A stretch of DNA of 64,000 bases from Bythopirellula sp. (GCA_965216565.1 OZ244170.1:4032001-4096000), one strand, 5' to 3'. Positions 46,491-57,001 are shown, numbered from the stretch's first letter. Translations and numbers: made by a program. Notes: generated by a model not told the origin, from the letters alone.

Positions 46491-48050
46491 TCAAGAAGTG
46501 AAAGACTTCCTAATCTTCTTGGCTTGTTTACTGATCTTCATAACTTCGTCCGAGTCTTTCCTTTCCAGATTCTTCAATTGCAGCCCCATGCGATTATTGC
46601 TTTGCAACGTTTTGTTATGTCGATCCAAAAAGTCCCAGTAGAGAGTTGTGAAGGGGCAAGCATCATCGCCTGTGGCTTCGGCGGGATTGAATCGGCAGCC
46701 GGTGCAGTAGTTGCTCATTCGCTGAATGTACTTTCCCGAAGCCACGTAAGGCTTGCTGGCCATCACACCGCCATCAGCGAATTGAGACATACCTAGCGTG
46801 TTTGGCAACTCGACCCACTCGACGGCATCGACATAAACTGCCAAATACCACTCGTGTATCGCTTTCGGATCGACGCCTAGCATCAAAGCGAATAGGCCAG
46901 TGACCATCAACCGTTGAATATGATGGGCATAACCATAGTCGAGAGTCTGCCCGATCGCTTGGCTTAAGCAATTCATTTCAGTGTCGCCGGTCCAATAGAA
47001 ATCCGGCAAAGGCTGGTTCGCTTTTAATGCGTTTCGCTGCAGGTAGTCGGGCATATAGAGCCAGTAGATGCCCCTGACGTATTCCCTCCATCCCAGAATC
47101 TGTCGGACAAAGCCTTCAACACTGTTGAGAGGTGCCTTGCCAGCTCGAAAAGCTACAACGGCTTCGTCAATCACTTCACGCGGACTGATCAACTTGAGAT
47201 TCATCGCAGCCGAGAGTCGCGAATGATACAGGTAAGGCTCATTGGTCCACATCGCATCCTGGTAGTTTCCGAAGTTGGCAAGTCGATGTTCAATGAAATC
47301 ATCGAGAGCTTGTCGAGCCTGCTTGGGCGTCACTGCCCAATCAAAGTGATCGAGACTGCCGGGGTGTTGTGCAAACTTTTCGTGGACCAGATCGAGGACT
47401 TCCTTAGTCGTCCCATCAGGGCTAAATCCCTTGGAGTCAGGTACAGCTTCGGGCCCTTGTTTTCCGAAAGAGCCCCGATTCTGTGGATCATAATTCCACT
47501 TGCCTCCCTCCGGATCTCCTCCATCCATCAGAATGTCGTGTTTCCGTCGAAGTTCTCGATAGAAATATTCCAGTCGTAGTTGCTTACGACCCGCGGCATG
47601 TTCGGCAAAGTCATCGATCGTACTCATGAAATGACGGTCAATGCGAATCTCTAGTTCAACATCAAGCCTTTGAGCACTGTCCAATAGCATTTCGCGAACA
47701 CGCCACTCCCCAGGTTCGACAACAATGAGCTTCTGGGGATTGAATTGTTGGATAGCCGACTCCAGCTCGGCGTCTAAACTCCCCTTATTTTCTGCGTCGT
47801 CTAGCTGGCGATAGGAGATGCGAAATTTTTTCCGGGCCAAGCTCTTGCGGAAATGTCGCATACTCGCAAGGAATATGGCAATGCGTGCTTTGTGCGTCCA
47901 GACGTGTGTCGACTCTTCAGCGACTTCAGCCATCCAGACGACATCTTGCTCGCGATCGAAATCATCGAACGCGCTAGAGTCTATGTCGAGCTGATCGCCG
48001 AGTACGATCACCAGATGCCGACAATTTTGAGTTGACTCTTTGTCACTCAC
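46491..48050 (-). CDS. phrB: FeS-type cryptochrome/(6-4) photolyase (PhrB/CryB-like)
   Basis: LGDQL, MAEV..E..HVWTHK, GGKWNYD, GWREY, YAHHIQRLM, KPYVASGKYI; four Cys in MNCL, NYCTGC and DACPF. Confidence 0.9.
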   Translation of the reverse strand: MSDKESTQNCRHLVIVLGDQLDIDSSAFDDFDREQDVVWMAEVAEESTHVWTHKARIAIFLASMRHFRKSLARKKFRISYRQLDDAENKGSLDAELESAIQQFNPQKLIVVEPGEWRVREMLLDSAQRLDVELEIRIDRHFMSTIDDFAEHAAGRKQLRLEYFYRELRRKHDILMDGGDPEGGKWNYDPQNRGSFGKQGPEAVPDSKGFSPDGTTKEVLDLVHEKFAQHPGSLDHFDWAVTPKQARQALDDFIEHRLANFGNYQDAMWTNEPYLYHSRLSAAMNLKLISPREVIDEAVVAFRAGKAPLNSVEGFVRQILGWREYVRGIYWLYMPDYLQRNALKANQPLPDFYWTGDTEMNCLSQAIGQTLDYGYAHHIQRLMVTGLFALMLGVDPKAIHEWYLAVYVDAVEWVELPNTLGMSQFADGGVMASKPYVASGKYIQRMSNYCTGCRFNPAEATGDDACPFTTLYWDFLDRHNKTLQSNNRMGLQLKNLERKDSDEVMKISKQAKKIRKSFTS

Positions 48051-48086
48051 AGGATTTTGGCCCTTTCAGGTTGCAGGTGGCTTCAT

Positions 48087-48491
48087 CTACGAGGCTTGTA
48101 GCCATCGACCGACGTAGTAACCGACGCAACTGATTGTCGCGGTGAAAAAAGTTCCCCAAGCAAGATCGATCAGGGTAATCATCCAGGGCCAATTCTTGAT
48201 TGTTGCATGATTCGTCAAATCGTAGGTAGCGTAGGTGACTAGGCCTAGGAAACCTCCAAGTGCCAGAGCCTTCCACGGAGACCCCGTGGACAAAGCAGGA
48301 GCAATGGCAAACACTACGACCCCCGCTGTAAATATTAGATAGAACGCGACTGCTGCATACCAATTTGGCTGTTCTGCTAATAAATGGCCAAGGTGATTCT
48401 TGTAGAGATTGCGTGCCACGAGCCCTAGCCAGATCGAATCGATTGCCAAGCCAGCGATGATGGTTGCTAGGTAGATTTTAAAGTACACCAT
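48087..48491 (-). CDS. DUF2177-family membrane protein
   Basis: IDSIWLG, YATYDLTNHAT..WP..IDLAWG; likely start ATG 48491. Confidence 0.85.
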   Translation of the reverse strand: MVYFKIYLATIIAGLAIDSIWLGLVARNLYKNHLGHLLAEQPNWYAAVAFYLIFTAGVVVFAIAPALSTGSPWKALALGGFLGLVTYATYDLTNHATIKNWPWMITLIDLAWGTFFTATISCVGYYVGRWLQAS

Positions 48492-48510
48492 GCAAATCTT
48501 TCTAAGTGAG

Positions 48511-48553
48511 AATAACAAACAGACCGGATTAATTTATCTGGTTCGGTGTTATT
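48511..48553. promoter_or_regulatory. Imperfect inverted repeat in divergent promoter region
   Basis: AATAACA..ACCGGAT-TAATTT-ATCTGGT..TGTTATT. Confidence 0.35.
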
Positions 48554-48802
48554 GAGTACTCTAGGCCAGCAAAGCACTTCGACCACCTGGCCGTGGGAAT
48601 ATTATCAAAGATACTACGATCGTGATGGCATTCCTGATGTTAAGGCTTAGCTGGTTGGAAAGTATGGTGTTACAGGTTCTTTAAGTCGCCTCGCCACTTG
48701 TCATTAAGGGTATCAGGCCTAAAAAATAGAAGTATGGAATGGGCCATTTAGTCCCAGTACTCCTTGATACTACCCGGCTCAATATGGCCAGCGAGGTTGA
48801 CG

Positions 48803-50155
48803 TTGAAAATCGCAGTGATTGGGGCTGGAATCAGCGGGAATCTGGCTGCCCGATTGCTGGCCACGCGACACCAGGTACAGCTTTTCGAGGCCAATGGGTA
48901 CGCAGGCGGGCACACAAACACGGTCGACATTTCCACTCCAGAGGGACATAGAGCCGTCGATACCGGGTTCATGGTCTATAACAACGAGACCTATCCAAAC
49001 TTTTCCCGAATGCTGGCGATGCTTGGTGTCGAATCGCAAGCAACTGAAATGAGCTTCAGCGTTAGTTGCGGTGCGACTGGATTGGAGTACAACGGCACGT
49101 CGCTAAATGGACTCTTTGCTCAGAGAAGTAATTTAGTGAACCCTGGCTTCTATCGCATGCTTTCTGACATCGTGCGGTTTAACCGCAGGGGCGAGAAATT
49201 TGCGAAGGAAGCTGATCCCAATAGCTCGCAAACACTGGGTGAATTCCTCAATCGAAATCGGCTTGGCCAGCAATTCCGTAGGCAGTATTTAGTCCCCATG
49301 CTCGCGGCCATATGGTCTGCAGCGCCGAACACTGTAGAACAACTCCCTGCGTATTTCATCTTGGGATTCATGCATAACCACGGTTTGATGCGACTTCGCA
49401 ATCGACCAAAGTGGAGAACAATTGTCGGCGGTGCGAGACGGTATGTCGAAGCCTTACTCGCCCCAATTGCCAGCAGTGTTCGACTGCGAGCACCCGTTAG
49501 TCGGATCGAGCGCCAAGCAAGAGGCGTTTTGGTCCACCCTGAAAATGCGTCCCCAGAAGAGTACGACGCGGTTGTGCTAGCCACGCATGCCGATCGGTCG
49601 CTTGCCATGCTCGCGGATGCCACGTCTAGCGAACGCGAAGTCCTAGGTGCCCTGCCCTATCAGTCGAATACTGCGGTGCTGCATTCAGATAAAAACCAAC
49701 TGCCACGTAACAAACGGGCCAGGGCCAGCTGGAATTACCGAATACCGGTCGGTAGTACCGTTGCACAGAACAGCGCAAGTGTGACCTACGACCTCAATCG
49801 GTTACAGAATGTGCCAGCGATTGATCCAATACTCGTTACACTCAATCCTGCTGAAACTATCGACCCGAAAGCTATCTACCAGACGATTACCTATCGCCAC
49901 CCGGCTTTTAACCTGCAGTCGGTTGCAGCTCAGCGAAGCTGGAAGGAGATCAATGGGGTGCGGCGTACTTGGTTTTGCGGTGCATATTGGGGTTACGGTT
50001 TCCATGAAGACGGTGTAAACAGCGCACTACGAGTTGCTGGGCAATTCGGCATTTCGCTGGAACATCTCGCCACACCGATCGCCTCTATGCCGTCGCTTAC
50101 TCAGCAGCGCTCTGCATTGGCTACGAGTCCCAGCCCACTTTTAGAGGTCGAGTAA
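48803..50155 (+). CDS. FAD-dependent oxidoreductase (UfaD/RSP_1091-like)
   Basis: IAVIGAGISG, GGHTNTV, DTGFMVYN..TYPNF, CGAYWGYGFHEDG; TTG 48803 with GAGG upstream. Confidence 0.88.
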   Translation: MKIAVIGAGISGNLAARLLATRHQVQLFEANGYAGGHTNTVDISTPEGHRAVDTGFMVYNNETYPNFSRMLAMLGVESQATEMSFSVSCGATGLEYNGTSLNGLFAQRSNLVNPGFYRMLSDIVRFNRRGEKFAKEADPNSSQTLGEFLNRNRLGQQFRRQYLVPMLAAIWSAAPNTVEQLPAYFILGFMHNHGLMRLRNRPKWRTIVGGARRYVEALLAPIASSVRLRAPVSRIERQARGVLVHPENASPEEYDAVVLATHADRSLAMLADATSSEREVLGALPYQSNTAVLHSDKNQLPRNKRARASWNYRIPVGSTVAQNSASVTYDLNRLQNVPAIDPILVTLNPAETIDPKAIYQTITYRHPAFNLQSVAAQRSWKEINGVRRTWFCGAYWGYGFHEDGVNSALRVAGQFGISLEHLATPIASMPSLTQQRSALATSPSPLLEVE

Positions 50156-50161
50156 GACGCA

Positions 50162-50932
50162 ATGCACAGTTGTCTCTATCGTGGAATGGTGACTCACCGA
50201 CGAAAATCGCCGGTCGAACATGAGTTTAGCTACGGCATGTTTTGGCTCTATGTTGATTTGGATGAATGGGAACAAGATAGAGAAAAGGTACAAGGACTTA
50301 CTGACCGATTCTTCGCCCCCGCCTCGTTTTGCCGTCGCGATCACCTGGGTGAAGAGAGTGCGAAGCTAAGCACGGCTGTTAAAGAGTTTGTCAAAGACGA
50401 AGCGGGCGAAGATCTAGCCGTAGAAACGGTCCGCCTACTGACGCAGCCCCGGTCTTTCGGATTTTACTTTAGCCCCTTGAATCTCTACTTTTGCTTCGCC
50501 CTCGACGGACAACTCGCCGCAGTGGTTGCCGAGGTCAATAATACGCCTTGGGGCGAACAACATTGTTATTTGCTATGGCATGGCAATCGGTTGGCAGACT
50601 CCGAATTTGAGTACCGGCACGACAAAGCATTTCACGTGTCTCCATTCATGGAGATGCATCAACAGTATGCTTGGCGAGTTGGCGTGCCGGGGGACACACT
50701 TGGTGTTCACTTGGCGGTCGAACAAGATAACAAAACGTTCTTTGACGCCGGCATGAAACTTTCTCGTCAGCCACTCACCGGTTGGACACTCGCTGGCAAT
50801 CTAGCCAGAAGCCCAGTGAACGCTATTCGAGTACTGACGGCCATTTACTTTGAAGCCTTTCGACTTTGGATAAAACGATGCCCCTACTATCCCCATCCCA
50901 AAACAAAACCCAATCGCGTGCCGGCAGCGTAG
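50162..50932 (+). CDS. DUF1365 family protein (UfaO/RSP_1090-like)
   Basis: LYRGMVTHRR..HEFSY, FSPLNLYFC, AEVNNTPWGEQH, KAFHVSPFM. Confidence 0.9.
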   Translation: MHSCLYRGMVTHRRKSPVEHEFSYGMFWLYVDLDEWEQDREKVQGLTDRFFAPASFCRRDHLGEESAKLSTAVKEFVKDEAGEDLAVETVRLLTQPRSFGFYFSPLNLYFCFALDGQLAAVVAEVNNTPWGEQHCYLLWHGNRLADSEFEYRHDKAFHVSPFMEMHQQYAWRVGVPGDTLGVHLAVEQDNKTFFDAGMKLSRQPLTGWTLAGNLARSPVNAIRVLTAIYFEAFRLWIKRCPYYPHPKTKPNRVPAA

Positions 50933-52143
50933 AAACCTCCGCCGGAGAGTCTCTAGGTTGGATCGATCGCTACTGTCGCAAACAGGTTCTGAAGCGGCTT
51001 GCACACTTACAGAGTGGGAGCATTGCGTTTTACGAAGAGGAAACACCCCTGGAACTTGGATTGCCATTGTCGTCTAGCGATTTGGGGGCTGACCTTTATG
51101 TGCGCAATCCTCGCTTTTTTCGACGTATCGTAACTGGCGGAACAATCGGCGCAGCCGAGGCTTATATTGACGGTGATTGGGCTGCGGATGACCTGCCATT
51201 CTTGTTGCAAATCTTTGCCGGCGATTTGAAGACGTCGAGTGAGCTCGACAGCCAATGGCGGTACTTAAAACGACCAGCAGAAATCATCTGGACATGGCTC
51301 AGACGAAACACACCGACTGGTAGTCGCAAAAACATTGCCGCTCACTACGATCTCTCAAATGAGTTCTATCGCCTCTGGCTTGACGAAACGATGGCCTATT
51401 CGGGTGGAGTTTTTCCATCCAAGAATGCAACTCTTGCCGAAGCTTCGCGAAACAAGTTTGACCTTATTTGCCAAAAGCTAGACCTTCAGCCAGGAGACCG
51501 TCTCTTAGAAATTGGAACCGGCTGGGGCGGCTTTGCGGTATACGCGGCAGAGAATTACGGTGCCATAGTAACTACGACTACTATCTCTCAGCAGCAGAGG
51601 GAATACTCGCAACAGTTGTTTGAAAACCGAGGACTCCGCGAACGCATAACATTGCTCGACAGGGACTACCGCTCTCTTGAAGGGAATTACGACAAACTAG
51701 CGAGTATTGAGATGATCGAAGCAGTTGGCCACGAGTATCTACCGTCTTACTTTGCCAAATGTGATTCCCTGTTGCGGCCAGGAGGTCGTATGGCGTTGCA
51801 AGCCATCACCATTCCCGAGCAAAGATATGATCGGTACCGTCAGTCCGTAGACTTTATCCAGCGCTATATTTTTCCCGGTGGGGCATTGCCCTCGGTAGAA
51901 GCCATTCAGCAAGCAGTAGGTAAGAACTCTGTGCTCCGGTTGATAGGAATGCAAGACTACTGCTCGCATTATGCTCGCACTCTGAAGTTATGGCGCGAGC
52001 GGTTCTTCGACAATCTGACCGAAGTCCGACAGTTGGGATTCAACGAACGCTTTATTCGCTCCTGGGACTACTACCTGTCCTATTGCATCGCAGGATTCCG
52101 TGAACAGCAAGTCGGCCTCGCACATTTACTCTACGAGAAGTAG
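50866..52143 (+). CDS. cfa: Cyclopropane-fatty-acyl-phospholipid synthase family SAM methyltransferase
   Basis: GAAEAYIDGDW, NIAAHYDLSN, LEIGTGWG, SIEMIEAVG, FIQRYIFPGG, WDYYLSYC; exact start uncertain. Confidence 0.9.
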   Translation: MDKTMPLLSPSQNKTQSRAGSVETSAGESLGWIDRYCRKQVLKRLAHLQSGSIAFYEEETPLELGLPLSSSDLGADLYVRNPRFFRRIVTGGTIGAAEAYIDGDWAADDLPFLLQIFAGDLKTSSELDSQWRYLKRPAEIIWTWLRRNTPTGSRKNIAAHYDLSNEFYRLWLDETMAYSGGVFPSKNATLAEASRNKFDLICQKLDLQPGDRLLEIGTGWGGFAVYAAENYGAIVTTTTISQQQREYSQQLFENRGLRERITLLDRDYRSLEGNYDKLASIEMIEAVGHEYLPSYFAKCDSLLRPGGRMALQAITIPEQRYDRYRQSVDFIQRYIFPGGALPSVEAIQQAVGKNSVLRLIGMQDYCSHYARTLKLWRERFFDNLTEVRQLGFNERFIRSWDYYLSYCIAGFREQQVGLAHLLYEK

Positions 52144-52152
52144 CCGTCTAAC

Positions 52153-53193
52153 ATGAACACGACAACACTTGCCGAGCACCGCTATTTGCCCGACCGCTTA
52201 GTGCGCTTCGGTATCCGTCGCTTACTAGCCGATCGGCTGCGGGGTTTGCGGACTAGCGGACCTAGCGTGGCCGAATTTGCAAAAGTGTTGCGGGCTGAAT
52301 CTAGTGTTGCCATCGATGTGGAAGCGGCGAATGCACAGCACTACGAGGTCCCCGCACCGTTCTTCCAAGCTGTACTAGGGCAAAGGCTTAAATATAGTTG
52401 TGGCTACTGGCCAGAAAGCACCACGACACTCGACGAATCAGAGATTGCCATGCTTCGGCTCACCTGCGATCGCGCAGGACTTGTCGATGGTCAGCGGATC
52501 TTAGAGCTAGGTTGTGGCTGGGGATCGTTGTCGCTGTGGATGGCCGAGAACTATTCGAACTCTCAGATTACAGCAATGTCTAATTCCGAATCACAACGGG
52601 AGTTCATCGAACAACAGGCAGCAATCCGCGGGCTGACAAATTTGCAAGTCCACACGGCCAACATTGCTGACTTCGCCACAAGCGACACCTACGACCGCAT
52701 CATCTCCGTCGAGATGTTCGAGCATGTTCGCAACTATGAAGTATTACTAAGACGAATTCGCGAGTGGCTAACTAACGACGGGCAGCTCTTTGTTCACGTG
52801 TTCTGTCACCGAAAATTTGCCTATCCGTTTGAGGTAGATTCGCAATCTGAGAGTGATGCTGGAAACTGGATGAGCCAGCACTTCTTTACCGGCGGCATTA
52901 TGCCAAGCTTTGATTTGTTTCGGCATTTTGATGATGATATGCAAGTGGTCGCAGATTGGTGGCACGATGGAACACATTACGCACGAACAAGCCAAGCGTG
53001 GCTCGAGAAGTTGGATTGCCATCGCCAGCAAGTCTGCCGCGCTTTGCAGATGGGTGACAATCCTGCATCTGTAAATCTCCAAGTGCAACGTTGGCGAATG
53101 TTCTTCATGGCATGTGCAGAATTGTTTGCTTATGATAACGGCCATCAATGGGGCGTCGGACACTATTTGCTACAGCCCCGAGTTGCCAAATGA
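52153..53193 (+). CDS. Second CFA-like SAM-dependent methyltransferase
   Basis: ANAQHYEVP, LKYSC, LELGCGWGS, SVEMFEH, FFTGGIMPS, WRMFFMACAELF. Confidence 0.88.
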   Translation: MNTTTLAEHRYLPDRLVRFGIRRLLADRLRGLRTSGPSVAEFAKVLRAESSVAIDVEAANAQHYEVPAPFFQAVLGQRLKYSCGYWPESTTTLDESEIAMLRLTCDRAGLVDGQRILELGCGWGSLSLWMAENYSNSQITAMSNSESQREFIEQQAAIRGLTNLQVHTANIADFATSDTYDRIISVEMFEHVRNYEVLLRRIREWLTNDGQLFVHVFCHRKFAYPFEVDSQSESDAGNWMSQHFFTGGIMPSFDLFRHFDDDMQVVADWWHDGTHYARTSQAWLEKLDCHRQQVCRALQMGDNPASVNLQVQRWRMFFMACAELFAYDNGHQWGVGHYLLQPRVAK

Positions 53194-53969
53194 CACTTAC
53201 GACCGCTTTGCTGATAGCAGCAACCGTCATCTCTGCCCATATGCTTGTCTTGTGGCTCATTAGTTTGCCTCTCCGCGACGTGAGCATCGTGGACATCGGG
53301 TGGGGACTTGGATTTGCAATCGTAGCGTGGGTCATCTACTTTTCGGCGGGTGCCGAAGGTATCTACATTACGACGATCGCAGTATTGCCCACCATCTGGG
53401 GACTGCGGCTTGCCGGCTACCTGGCTTGGCGCAATCACGGTGCAGGCGAAGATCGCCGTTACGCTGCCATGCGAGAGAAACACCAAGGGCGGTTTTGGTG
53501 GGTAAGCCTCTTTAAAGTCTTCGGCTTGCAGGGAATTGTGATGTGGGTCGTCGCATTGCCGATAACGGTTGCCCTGGCAACGTCATCTTCAGATCTCAGT
53601 TGGAATGGATTGTTGCTGCTGGGCTTGCTCACTTGGGTCGTAGGATTTCTATTCGAGTCCATCGGCGACTGGCAGCTAGCCCGATTCAAAGCGAAAGCAG
53701 AGAATGAGGGCAAAGTGATGGATGAGGGGCTCTGGCGGTACACGCGTCACCCCAACTACTTCGGCGATTTTCTCGTTTGGTGGGGACACTGGCTTGTGTC
53801 GCACTCACTGACGAATCAGTGGTGGACCGTTGTTAGCCCGCTTGTTATGTCGGTATTCTTGATGAAGTATTCTGGAGTCGGTCTCTTAGAAAGCGACATC
53901 ACCGATCGTCGACCTAAATATGCCGAATACAAACGGCGAACAAACGCATTTTTCCCGTGGCCACCCTAG
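53190..53969 (+). CDS. DUF1295 (steroid 5-alpha-reductase-like) membrane protein
   Basis: SIVDIGW, WGLRL, EDRRY, GLWRYTRHPNYFG, YKRRTNAFFP; ATGA-coupled start at 53190. Confidence 0.88.
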   Translation: MTLTTALLIAATVISAHMLVLWLISLPLRDVSIVDIGWGLGFAIVAWVIYFSAGAEGIYITTIAVLPTIWGLRLAGYLAWRNHGAGEDRRYAAMREKHQGRFWWVSLFKVFGLQGIVMWVVALPITVALATSSSDLSWNGLLLLGLLTWVVGFLFESIGDWQLARFKAKAENEGKVMDEGLWRYTRHPNYFGDFLVWWGHWLVSHSLTNQWWTVVSPLVMSVFLMKYSGVGLLESDITDRRPKYAEYKRRTNAFFPWPP

Positions 53970-54205
53970 ATGGCTGCGGTGCCAGAATGGGAATGCGTCA
54001 CCAGTAGTGACTCCTTTATTCGACCACAAGAACACTTGTACGTCGACAGTTTCAAAATAAGGGCATGCTTCTAAAGGTCGACAGCCAAGCTAGAGTAGCC
54101 GTGGGAAAAACAACAGAACCCTCGGACTTCTGCCTTTCAGATGCGAGCTGATGTACGCTCGTAGAGTTTTTGTGAATCAAGCAAGGTTCGCACTAAACAC
54201 TTAGG

Positions 54206-57001
54206 TTACGATCCCTCAGCTTCATCCTGCTGGCTGCGGAGGTCATGCCAGTTGATGTCGCTTCTAGTGTGTAATCGACCGGCGGCTTCAGAGATATCTG
54301 GAAAAGTCTCTGCCAGCTTGGCACCGATGTCTAGAGGTCTCAAACCGATTCCTAGGCGAACGAAGAATTGTTCGGAAAGTGATGTTTGGCAAGCTGCTAC
54401 CGACTTCTGCTCTTCTCGGAGATTCTCTAGTAGTTCCCCTGGGTCGTGCTCATCTGATGTCAGTAGTGCGGAGTGTCTGAGATAACCACATTCAAGTAAG
54501 TCTGTCTTCGCTTTGCGAAGGACAGAGCGTACCAAATCGTTCGGGCTTTCACTCAGAACCCTGCCGAAGGATTCAGCTAGATGTTTCTCAAGGGTTTCTA
54601 ATAGCTTCTGACCAAGCTCCAATGGCTGCACCGCGCCACGACGAATAGTGTCGACAAACTCGGCTATTACCAGGTGGCTAAGCTCCTCAATGGGAGCTTC
54701 TAGTTCGCTTGATTCACCGGGCGACCTTTGAAACAAGAACTCAGATAGCGCTGCTGAAACTTGTTTCAGGTCAGCGTTTCGTTTGTGATGGGCTTTCTTA
54801 TTGTCTTGTTCATCCTCTTCCACCGTTGTGCTGGCAGAGATCTTTGGGTAGTGATCGAGGACCGCGCGTACAATCCAGCAGTTTGCGTATTGTCCAAAAA
54901 ACTGGGCGCTACTGTCTCCATTAGCATCAACTTCCCGCAACCAATGACTGGCAATTGTCGCCAGAAGTTCCTGCTGCTGGTTTCGATTCACTTCGTCAGC
55001 CAGATTCGACAGATTGACACACTCAAAGGGACGTAGCGAATTCAAATCAGCCGAGTCCGCCGATTCGGCAAGAAGTACTTCGTTGAGAGAGGAAGTTCGC
55101 AGGTCCGAGTTCAAGAGCAGGTAGTCTGCGATGGATTGCAGCTTAGCCGCACAATCGGAGCTGCCATTTTGCGGAAGCGAGGTGATGCTTACATCATCGA
55201 ATGGGCGATCTTGTGACTCAAACAGCGAGGCGGCTCCTTCCGGAGTGCCATCACCGCAATTGCCGTTAGTCTGAGCGTGAGAGAACTCCGTGAGAAAAGA
55301 GAGGAGATTCGACGCAGCCAGTGTGTCTCCACTACCCAACTCATAAGTATTGGCTAACAGCCCATGCACTGTCACGCTTAGAGAGGCAGTTTTGCAAAGT
55401 GCGCGTACCGCTTGGGCGACATCAATTAGCGTGCCGCTGCCGGTCCCCCCGCTTGTTCCCGCAAGCAATACGACTCTGAGATGTGCGTTGTTCTCTGGGC
55501 GTTCATGCTGCTGGGCCAGTTTGGTAATTCGTGAATGGATCGCGGAGAGTATTTCTTCGGCGTGATCTACTGCAGCAATTCTTCCGAGGGGTCGAAAGCC
55601 TCTCGTTTGCAAAGAGCGCGGGATATTGTACAGCCATCGACGACTGACCCAGCGGAGCAGATTTTGCGAATTGTCACGGTATTGTTTAGGGCGTCGCAAA
55701 GGGATATGAAGAAAATCTTCGAGCGACAATTCGCCCTTCTCACCCAGACCTCGATCGGGTTTCAATGAATCGCGATCAGTATCAATCGCAAGCCAAGCTA
55801 AAGGAGTCTCGCTCGCCAAGTCAGTTTCACCGCTGCGAGTCCAGAGTGCCCTCAGCATGCGAACTCCAATGCCGCCGACTCCGATAAACAAAGTGGGAGT
55901 TGCACTGCTGAGCTTTTCCAGATGAACATCTGGGACCTCCACATCAACGATTCGTGGATCAACAGTCGGATAGCTGAGAGGTGGGGCAACTTCCTGGGGT
56001 GGTTCAGCACATTCGGGCGTGGGGCTCTCGCCGAGTTCGTCATTCGACAAGATTTGAGTTGCAGTGTTGAAAGTGGTGGCTTCGATAGCTTCGGTGTCCA
56101 ACTCAGCAACAGGCGTGGTATCAGTGATCGTTGACGGAGTTGGGGTTACAAAGGTACTTTCTGGGTTTCCAGATTTTGGGCTCACGCCCGGTGCGTCACC
56201 TGACTTAAGTGCTGTGACAAACTCGCGGCAGTTCGAAAAGCGGTCGGCAGGGTCTTTTTGCAGTGCTTTGTCGACGACTTGACGATCTTGCTCACTAAGC
56301 GGACGCAAGTTCGGTTTCGCCAAGGTATGCTGTTTGGCCAGCTGGGCGGGAGTTCGACCAGGAAAAGGCATCGTCCCAGTCAATAGATACTGATAGACAA
56401 TCGCCAAACTGTACTGGTCGCTTCGCGAGGAGGGATTGTCGTCGAATATTTCAGGTGCCGAGTAGAGAGGTGTAATGCCACCCATCATGGAATTAAGAGT
56501 TTGAGTAGCCAGCTGTTTGACCAGGCCAAAATCTGCAACCTTAGTATGGTCGCCTACAACCAGCAGGTTTTCTGGCTTGATATCAAGATGCTGCAATTCA
56601 TGGCGTTCAGCCAAATAGTCGAGTGCTTCGGCTGCGTCCCAGAGATAGCTGAGCAGTCGCGGCTGAGATATTCCAACTTGCCCATTTGCTTGGCAGCTTT
56701 GGAATTCATCCTGGAGACTCATGTCCGCTAGCTCGGTCACGATAACCAGCCGTGACTCGACGATTTCATACCGTTCGATCGTCAGGATGAATGGATGTCT
56801 GACAGACTTGACGCGTTCAAGCGCTTTCAGCTCTCGCTCCGCCATGCCTTCGCTGCAATGGCCATAGACAAGCTTGACGGCTTTCTCAACACCACCTGGG
56901 GCAGTTGCTTTCCACACTTCGCCATAGCCCCCGGCGCCCAGTCTCTCGACAATGGTATAGCCAGTGGGTAACGGAAGGGTTGGAGTCTCAACAGCCGACA
57001 T
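54206..57001 (-). CDS. Ser/Thr protein kinase fused to a tubulin/FtsZ-like GTPase domain
   Basis: LGAGGYGEV, HLDIKPEN, DFG and APE kinase motifs; then FIGVGGIG, IDTD, RPLGR and GGTGSG tubulin signature. Confidence 0.88.
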   Translation of the reverse strand: MSAVETPTLPLPTGYTIVERLGAGGYGEVWKATAPGGVEKAVKLVYGHCSEGMAERELKALERVKSVRHPFILTIERYEIVESRLVIVTELADMSLQDEFQSCQANGQVGISQPRLLSYLWDAAEALDYLAERHELQHLDIKPENLLVVGDHTKVADFGLVKQLATQTLNSMMGGITPLYSAPEIFDDNPSSRSDQYSLAIVYQYLLTGTMPFPGRTPAQLAKQHTLAKPNLRPLSEQDRQVVDKALQKDPADRFSNCREFVTALKSGDAPGVSPKSGNPESTFVTPTPSTITDTTPVAELDTEAIEATTFNTATQILSNDELGESPTPECAEPPQEVAPPLSYPTVDPRIVDVEVPDVHLEKLSSATPTLFIGVGGIGVRMLRALWTRSGETDLASETPLAWLAIDTDRDSLKPDRGLGEKGELSLEDFLHIPLRRPKQYRDNSQNLLRWVSRRWLYNIPRSLQTRGFRPLGRIAAVDHAEEILSAIHSRITKLAQQHERPENNAHLRVVLLAGTSGGTGSGTLIDVAQAVRALCKTASLSVTVHGLLANTYELGSGDTLAASNLLSFLTEFSHAQTNGNCGDGTPEGAASLFESQDRPFDDVSITSLPQNGSSDCAAKLQSIADYLLLNSDLRTSSLNEVLLAESADSADLNSLRPFECVNLSNLADEVNRNQQQELLATIASHWLREVDANGDSSAQFFGQYANCWIVRAVLDHYPKISASTTVEEDEQDNKKAHHKRNADLKQVSAALSEFLFQRSPGESSELEAPIEELSHLVIAEFVDTIRRGAVQPLELGQKLLETLEKHLAESFGRVLSESPNDLVRSVLRKAKTDLLECGYLRHSALLTSDEHDPGELLENLREEQKSVAACQTSLSEQFFVRLGIGLRPLDIGAKLAETFPDISEAAGRLHTRSDINWHDLRSQQDEAEGS

